Assembly: GCA_044229975.1 (NCBI GenBank)
Contig: JBGARZ010000004.1
Coordinates: 384,001-448,000, forward strand
Source of the DNA: Polyangiales bacterium
Lineage (GTDB): Bacteria > Myxococcota_A > Polyangia > Polyangiales > Ga0077539
Reading direction: 5' to 3'
Length of the DNA: 64,000 nt
This document shows positions 58,316 through 64,000 of the stretch, piece after piece. Position 1 is the stretch's first letter; each line of letters opens with the position of its first letter. The notes below the pieces were generated by a model. It saw only the letters and a list, made by a program, of their open reading frames with translations. It was not told the origin of the DNA and searched no databases. The position numbers and the translations under genes were made by a program.

Positions 58316-59122
58316 TCAGTGGTCGTAGCGGCCCCGCCACAACGAGCCCGCCACCGCGCTCAGCGCCACGGCCACCAGCAGCGCCGTCGCCAGCGCCCCG
58401 CGCACCCGCGGCGAGACCGCCGGCAGCGGTCGTCGCGTCGCCAGCGAGAACAACATCGGCGCGGCCACCAGCACCTGCACGGCGCAGATCACCGTCAGCG
58501 GCCGGGTGAGGTCGTCGTTGACGGTCACGAGGCCCGACACGAGCGCGACGCCCAGCGCGAGCGAGGTGACGGTGGTGACGAGAACACCCCACAGCGACAG
58601 CCGGTAGAGGCCCACGAAGCCCACGAGCAGCCCGATGGCTGCGGCCCCCAGCGCGAGGCTCGCGGGGTTGTGCCCGTGGCGCGCCTCGACGTGCGTGAAG
58701 AGCAGCAGCGTCGGCGCGTCGGCGAGGGCGAGCACCATGAGGAGCTGGAGGGTTCCGGCGTAGGCCGCCGGGCGGAAGTCGGCGCGCTCGGCGGCGGCGG
58801 CGAGCGAGCGGCGGTCGGCGAGCGCGAGGGCAGCGCCGCACCCCAGCACCAGTGGTAGGCCCAACTGCGAATCACTGCGCGTCCCGGCGAACACCAGGAT
58901 CACCCCGAGCACCACGTTGGACCACCATAGCCCTCGCGCGAGGAGCTGCGCTCCGAGGGACGAGAACTGCACCAGCAGCGCGCCCACCACCGGCCCGACG
59001 ACGGGCACCAGGGCCACCGGCTTCACGTCGTTGCCCAGCTTCAACAGGAAGGCCGTCGACGCCGCCAGGGCGGCCAGGCCCGCTGCGGATGATCGCAACC
59101 GCCGTCGCGTCAGGTCTGTCAT
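58316..59122 (-). CDS. Hypothetical integral membrane protein
   Basis: About 8-9 hydrophobic segments; ATGA overlap with the upstream gene. Confidence 0.7.
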   Translation of the reverse strand: MTDLTRRRLRSSAAGLAALAASTAFLLKLGNDVKPVALVPVVGPVVGALLVQFSSLGAQLLARGLWWSNVVLGVILVFAGTRSDSQLGLPLVLGCGAALALADRRSLAAAAERADFRPAAYAGTLQLLMVLALADAPTLLLFTHVEARHGHNPASLALGAAAIGLLVGFVGLYRLSLWGVLVTTVTSLALGVALVSGLVTVNDDLTRPLTVICAVQVLVAAPMLFSLATRRPLPAVSPRVRGALATALLVAVALSAVAGSLWRGRYDH

Positions 59123-59421
59123 CGGAAGGGCCCCTCGTTGTCGGGTGTCGTGTCGACACAACGAACGCCCGCGGCCGGGTCATGGCGGAGGCCGGTGATG
59201 TTCTCCGCCCACAGCTCGCTGTACCCGCAGGCATCGCAGAGCCAGAGGTTGAAGCTCCCCTGCGGGCTCACGCGACCCAGCGAGAAGCGCTGGTTGACCG
59301 ACGGCTGGTGCGTCACCACCGGGAGCGCGACGCCCGTCGCCGACTCGCCCGGCACACGGAACGTGTCGATCACCCAGAGCTTCCGCCCGCCGCACTTGGG
59401 GCACCGCTGCGTGCGCTTCAC
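59119..59421 (-). CDS. Small zinc-ribbon protein
   Basis: CPKCGG...CDACGYSELW. Confidence 0.75.
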   Translation of the reverse strand: MKRTQRCPKCGGRKLWVIDTFRVPGESATGVALPVVTHQPSVNQRFSLGRVSPQGSFNLWLCDACGYSELWAENITGLRHDPAAGVRCVDTTPDNEGPFR

Positions 59422-59448
59422 GCGAGGGACGTTACCCCGCTACCGGCG

Positions 59449-61227
59449 TCAGATGTCGGTGCTGCGCGAGATGTTGATCGGGTCGAGGTAGCGGTACGGC
59501 ACCGCGAGCGATGCGTTGCGCGCGTCGATGCCGCTGGAGATCGCCTGCAACCGCCGACGAAACGCCGCCACCGCCTCGCCCGCCTCGAAGCACACGTCCG
59601 GCGAAAACGCCTGCGACCCGCCCGCCTGCAGGATCGACCGCTTCGTCGGCGCCGAGAGCACCCACACCATGCCCATCTGCGCGAGCGCCGGCTCGGTCTC
59701 GGGCATCGTCTTCCAGAAGTCCTCCGCCGCCAGCGCGACGCCACCCTCGGGCAGCGGCGCGCGCATGTAGCCCGGCGCGTTGGGGATCCATCCGTAGGAG
59801 TCGAACTGCCCGTTGTTGACCGCCGCGTGCTGCGGCCCGGCGCGAAACACCAGGTCGGCCAGCAGCTCGAACAGCTTGTCCTTCGTGGTCACCTGCGAGG
59901 GAAAACCCGGCACGTTGCCGAGCGCCTCGTCGCCCACCTCCGCGAGCCACGCCTGCAGCTCCGGGTCGCCCGCGACGTCCTCGTCGGTGCGGTACCACGG
60001 CGACATCACCGCGGCGACGTAGCGCTCCACGGCCTCGTGCACGGCCAGCGCGTCGGTGCGGTAGTAGTAGTCCGGGAGGCCCTCCTCGACGCCGCGGCGG
60101 CGGAGGTCTTCCTTCAGCGTGCGCTCGGGCCAGCGCCAGGTCGTGTAGCGCATGCGGGCCGCGTCGAGCACGCCGTGAACGCCCGCCGCGAGGCCGCGGT
60201 CGATGGGTCCGTCCATCGCGAGGAGGTTGCCGCGTGCTGCCGAGTCGATGGCGAGGGTGTCCTCGTAGTGGTCGGCCATGAGCTGCCGCACCGGGTGGTC
60301 GGGGTGCAGCCGACGGAACATCGCCACCGCCACCGCCTCGTTGACCATGTGCGTTTCGAGCAGGTGATAGTAGCCCTCGTGCAGGTGCGCGTCGGCCGAC
60401 TGCACATGCGCCCGCGCGCAGAGCCACGTCCACGGCGGCGACGCCGGCGTGAACACCGTGTCGGCCGCTGCCCCCACCGGGTGGAGCTGTATCGCCAGCG
60501 GCATCAGGCGCTCGTCGTCGTCCACCCAGAACCACGCCGTCGGCGCCGTCAGTACCCCCGCGCGGGGACGAAACTTTACGTACTCCTGTATGCGGGTGGT
60601 GCCGAGCTCGGGGTAGTCGCAGCGGTAGAGCCGACGCCCGGCGACGAGGTCGCGCACGCGCCGCTTGCTGCTGATGGAGCCGAGGTAGCGGTCGGCCGCC
60701 TCGACGACGTCGGCGGGGACCGGCGCCTCGCGCGCCCGGTGCCGCCGGATGGACATCGGGTTGACGCCGGTGAGCCGCTGCCGCGCAAACTCCACGTCGG
60801 TGTCCCAGCGCGAGCGCACGAAGTCGGGCTCGCGCATGAGCCGGTAGAAGCGCTCGAACGACGCCTCGCCCGCGCCCCGCGCGCTGAGCGATCGCACGAT
60901 GTTTTCGTTGAAGCGCTTGCGGTAGCGGAGCACCAGCAGCCGGGCCTTCTTGGCGGGCGTGAAGTCGTACTGCGGGTGGAGTTTCTTCGCGTCGCCGAGC
61001 AGGGGTTTCTTCGCCGACTCCAGCGGCTTCGCGAAGCCCGGCAGCGGACGAAACGGCACCTCGAAGCGCGTCGGACTGAGCGGCTGATCGCGCGCGAAGG
61101 TGAGCCAGCCAGGGCGTAGCGAGGCGTCGGGCGGCGGCTCTTCCTGCTGCCAGCGGAGGGTGAGCGCGCGGGCGTGCGCGCGGTCGGGCGGGCACTTCTG
61201 CGGGAGGAAGTAGACGTTGGGATTCAT
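59449..61227 (-). CDS. Lipoxygenase
   Basis: FARQRLTGVNP, PLAIQL, HEGYYHLLETH, QHAAVN, C-terminal Ile. Confidence 0.95.
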   Translation of the reverse strand: MNPNVYFLPQKCPPDRAHARALTLRWQQEEPPPDASLRPGWLTFARDQPLSPTRFEVPFRPLPGFAKPLESAKKPLLGDAKKLHPQYDFTPAKKARLLVLRYRKRFNENIVRSLSARGAGEASFERFYRLMREPDFVRSRWDTDVEFARQRLTGVNPMSIRRHRAREAPVPADVVEAADRYLGSISSKRRVRDLVAGRRLYRCDYPELGTTRIQEYVKFRPRAGVLTAPTAWFWVDDDERLMPLAIQLHPVGAAADTVFTPASPPWTWLCARAHVQSADAHLHEGYYHLLETHMVNEAVAVAMFRRLHPDHPVRQLMADHYEDTLAIDSAARGNLLAMDGPIDRGLAAGVHGVLDAARMRYTTWRWPERTLKEDLRRRGVEEGLPDYYYRTDALAVHEAVERYVAAVMSPWYRTDEDVAGDPELQAWLAEVGDEALGNVPGFPSQVTTKDKLFELLADLVFRAGPQHAAVNNGQFDSYGWIPNAPGYMRAPLPEGGVALAAEDFWKTMPETEPALAQMGMVWVLSAPTKRSILQAGGSQAFSPDVCFEAGEAVAAFRRRLQAISSGIDARNASLAVPYRYLDPINISRSTDI

Positions 61228-61257
61228 GCGGACTCCCTCGAAAGCCGCCGCGCCCGT

Positions 61258-61305
61258 TTGGGAACCGGGGTGCAGGCGCGGGACGCGACCAACCCCGGTT
61301 CCCAA
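61258..61305. repeat. 14-bp perfect inverted repeat in the intergenic region
   Basis: TTGGGAACCGGGGT-N20-ACCCCGGTTCCCAA. Confidence 0.8.
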
Positions 61306-61336
61306 GCGGGCATGACGAAAGTGAACAACTCGTGGT

Positions 61337-63244
61337 TCACGGCTTCTTCCTCGGAGCGTGGTCGCCGAAGCGCGGCAGCCCGAAGGCGCCTAACCCCCAG
61401 CGGCGCAGCGCCTGGAGCTTGCGGATGATCCGCCGCTCGGAGTCGGCCAGCGAGCGGTAGTCGCGCGCGTCGGGCGACAGCGGAACCCCCAGGCTGTGCG
61501 GGTGGCTGCCCGCGTTGAACTCCAGCCGCTCGCACTCGCTGTCGGTGAGCGGCGTGTCCAGCTGCACGACGGCGAGGTCGCGCCACGGGTGACTCTCCTC
61601 CGGCCACGCCATGGTGCTGTTGTACCAGTGCGTTCCGTCGCCCGCGCGCGGCCGGTGAAACTGCGCCTGGAACCTGAACCGCAACGACCGCGCGCCCTCC
61701 AGCCGCCGCTGCAATTCGTGCGTGAGGTAGTCCGACGAGCGCGTCTCGTCGGGTCGCCGCTGGCGGTCCCAGAGGCGCTCGTAGTCCTTCGCGTCGGGCA
61801 ATCCCGTCTCCTTCGCGGTCGGGTCTTCGGGGATCAATCGGTAGCGCACCAGATGGCGCACGTCCGCGGTGTCGACCCAGAGGCGCACCGTCTGCGAGTA
61901 GTAGTGCAGCGTCGAGTAGCAGGTCGGCGCGCGGCGCATGCCCATCACCGCGTCCTCGCGCTTGCGCCAGCTCCCGCGCATCACCGCCGCCGCGAACGAC
62001 AGCGGCAACCACTTCGACAGCACGAACACCCCGAACTCCACCACGTTGGCCACCGGGCTCACGCTGCCGGTGTTCATGCCCATGTCGAAGGGGCTCACGT
62101 CGCCGGGGAGCGCGAGGCGCAGCGCGCAGCCGCGGACGTCGAGCGCGGCCTGGTCGCGCCACGTCACGTTGGAGAAGCGAACCACCGCCGGGAAGGCGTC
62201 GCCCGCGTGGAAGAAGTCGTTGGCGGGGCAGTCGAGGTCGGCGACGACGGTGAAGGTCCCGCGCGCGGCCACCCCCACGACGTGCGTCGAGCGTCGACCC
62301 GACAGGAGGCTCTGCACGGCGAGCATCGGGCCCGTGAGCAGGTCCATCAGCACCCAGCCGTCGGGGCCGCGGCCGATGTCCTCGGCGTACGCGTTGATGC
62401 GCGGTCCAGGGAGCACCTGATTGCCCATCACCAAGAACGCCCCGCCCAGCGTCATCACGAGGCCCGCGAAGGTGCTGTAACGGTCGTTCCAGACGAGCGC
62501 GAAGGTGACGAACCACGCGCCCAGGAAGGCCACCGTCGACGCGGCGTACACCCGCCAGAGCCACTCCTGCTCGGCGCGCAACGCCGACCACGAGAACACC
62601 CCGATGCCGAGCGTCATCGGCGCGAGGAAGCGCAGGTGCCCCGCCGCCGACGCGACCGCCGCCGACGAGAGAGGAGCGTCGAGGGTGAAGCGCAGCACCC
62701 ACTCCGGCGCGAGCAAGAGCAGCAGGCCCGCGGTGACGAAGGCGAAGCCCTGCGCGATCCACAACAGCCACAGGCTCGGCGGGAGCGTGGAGGCCGAGCC
62801 CGAGAGCCGACGCCACTTCGGGGGTTCGGCGTGGAGGGTGAGCGCGAAGAGCAGGTTGGCCATCGCCGGGAGCGCGAGCAGCACCGCGTCGGCGATCACG
62901 AGGTGGTGGCCGCGCGCGAGCCAGTTGCCCTCGACGACGGCCCACACGAGGAAGGTGAGCGCGAAGCCGCGGGCGTAGGTGCGGCGGGCCGCGGCGTCCT
63001 CGCGCATCGCGGCGTAGGCCGAGGTCATCGCGAAGGCCAGGGCGAAGGGCGCGCGTAGCCGAACCGCGTTGGCGTCGAGGGCGGCGTCGACGCCAGAGGT
63101 CACTTCACGGAACGCTCGCGGCCACAAGAACCACGCGACCGCCGACCCCAGAAACAAGAACGCCTGGATGATCCAGACGAGGGTCGCGAGGCGTTGGGTC
63201 GATCCACCGGCCTGCTCCTCGGCGGGCGGTGCCACGGAGTTCAT
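61337..63244 (-). CDS. Multi-pass membrane domain fused to catalase-related (allene oxide synthase-like) domain
   Basis: N-terminal TM bundle; RRSTHVVG, VVRFSN, LDVRGCA, MNTG, YYSQ, RYRLIP, W.E..HPW.DL. Confidence 0.8.
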   Translation of the reverse strand: MNSVAPPAEEQAGGSTQRLATLVWIIQAFLFLGSAVAWFLWPRAFREVTSGVDAALDANAVRLRAPFALAFAMTSAYAAMREDAAARRTYARGFALTFLVWAVVEGNWLARGHHLVIADAVLLALPAMANLLFALTLHAEPPKWRRLSGSASTLPPSLWLLWIAQGFAFVTAGLLLLLAPEWVLRFTLDAPLSSAAVASAAGHLRFLAPMTLGIGVFSWSALRAEQEWLWRVYAASTVAFLGAWFVTFALVWNDRYSTFAGLVMTLGGAFLVMGNQVLPGPRINAYAEDIGRGPDGWVLMDLLTGPMLAVQSLLSGRRSTHVVGVAARGTFTVVADLDCPANDFFHAGDAFPAVVRFSNVTWRDQAALDVRGCALRLALPGDVSPFDMGMNTGSVSPVANVVEFGVFVLSKWLPLSFAAAVMRGSWRKREDAVMGMRRAPTCYSTLHYYSQTVRLWVDTADVRHLVRYRLIPEDPTAKETGLPDAKDYERLWDRQRRPDETRSSDYLTHELQRRLEGARSLRFRFQAQFHRPRAGDGTHWYNSTMAWPEESHPWRDLAVVQLDTPLTDSECERLEFNAGSHPHSLGVPLSPDARDYRSLADSERRIIRKLQALRRWGLGAFGLPRFGDHAPRKKP

Positions 63245-63383
63245 GGCGAACGGTCACGCGTTGCGCGGAGTGGCGTCAACTTTCCGCCCTCCGGTGCGGT
63301 CGTGGTCTTCACCTCGTCCGCGGAAAGGGACTACTGTCGCCGCCCAGCGAGGCTCAGGTCGGACAAGCCCTCGCACCCACCGC

Positions 63384-64000
63384 ATGAGCCGCACCAACCC
63401 GCCGTCCGACGACCGCTACGCCTCCTTCGAGCTGCTGTACCGGTCGAGTCGGACGACGGTGCACCGCGCGCTGCGCCGCGACGGCGTGGCCGTGGTGGTG
63501 AAGTCCTCCACCGAGGGCCAGCGCGACCCCACCGCCCGCCGCTGGCTCCTCAACGAGCACCGCATCCTCCAGGGGCGGAGCATCCCCGGGTCGCTGCGCG
63601 TGCTCGAGATGCGCGCCACGAAGCTCGGGCCCGCCCTGGAGTCCGAGGACTTCCACGGCACCGCCATCGGCCTCGCCGACGCGCGCACCCGCAGCGTCGG
63701 GGCCTTCCTCCCGCTGGCGAGAGAGATCGCCGAGGCGGTGCGCGCCCTCCACGCCGAGGGCATCACCCACCGCGACCTCTCGCCCGGCAACATCATCCGC
63801 CGGCCCGACGGCTCGGCCCTCTGCATCATCGATTTCGGCCTCGCCACCCGCGCGCCCCGCGTCACCCACGACCCCATCAACGCGCGCCACGTCGAAGGCA
63901 CCCTCGGGTTTCTCTCGCCCGAACAGACCGGCCGGCTCAACCGCCCCGTCGACCGACGCGCCGACCTCTACACCCTCGGCGCCACGTTCTTCGCGCTCCT
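63384..64000 (+). CDS. Ser/Thr kinase domain of a large kinase-AAA sensor protein (partial, runs off the window)
   Basis: Read from ATG 63384: VVVK, HRDLSPGN, IIDFG, EGTLGFLSPEQTGRLNRPVDRRADLY. Confidence 0.9.
   Translation, partial: MSRTNPPSDDRYASFELLYRSSRTTVHRALRRDGVAVVVKSSTEGQRDPTARRWLLNEHRILQGRSIPGSLRVLEMRATKLGPALESEDFHGTAIGLADARTRSVGAFLPLAREIAEAVRALHAEGITHRDLSPGNIIRRPDGSALCIIDFGLATRAPRVTHDPINARHVEGTLGFLSPEQTGRLNRPVDRRADLYTLGATFFAL

Overview
Very GC-rich bacterial DNA with a Myxococcota-like gene content (Ser/Thr kinases, PEGA/FHA proteins, Cys-rich lipoproteins, lipoxygenase); the taxon is inferred. (1) 0.6-4.7 kb: small ECF/YciI/VOC/XRE genes. (2) 4.8-23.1 kb: a Na+/Li+/osmotic-stress island (ArsB/NhaD-like permease, CaCA exchanger, NhaA, MscS, YbdK, NhaR, MFS, ClC, MarR, OtsAB, CPA1 antiporter). 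It is bracketed by two diverged copies of the CPA1 locus and carries three copies of an nhaA-I-like (Li+-I riboswitch) RNA. (3) 23.2-29.2 kb: a DUF692/MNIO RiPP cluster with a lipoprotein precursor bearing five SCG motifs, inside a putative ECF-sigma regulon. (4) 29.5-44.7 kb: decayed genes, a kinase-PEGA-FHA operon, three tandem FGE/C-type-lectin-fold paralogues and a SWIM+SNF2 pair. (5) 44.7-52.2 kb: a lower-GC integron-type cassette array with four attC sites. It holds an HNH nuclease, an NDT/TIR-like + P-loop ATPase and small ORFs, and a tyrosine-recombinase/IS91-transposase element sits in it like a cassette next to an attI-like site. (6) 52.5-64 kb: a 59-bp inverted repeat, housekeeping-type genes and a lipoxygenase paired with a membrane-anchored, allene-oxide-synthase-like catalase domain. 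No rRNA, tRNA or CRISPR array was seen. All family calls come from motif recognition by eye, not database searches.
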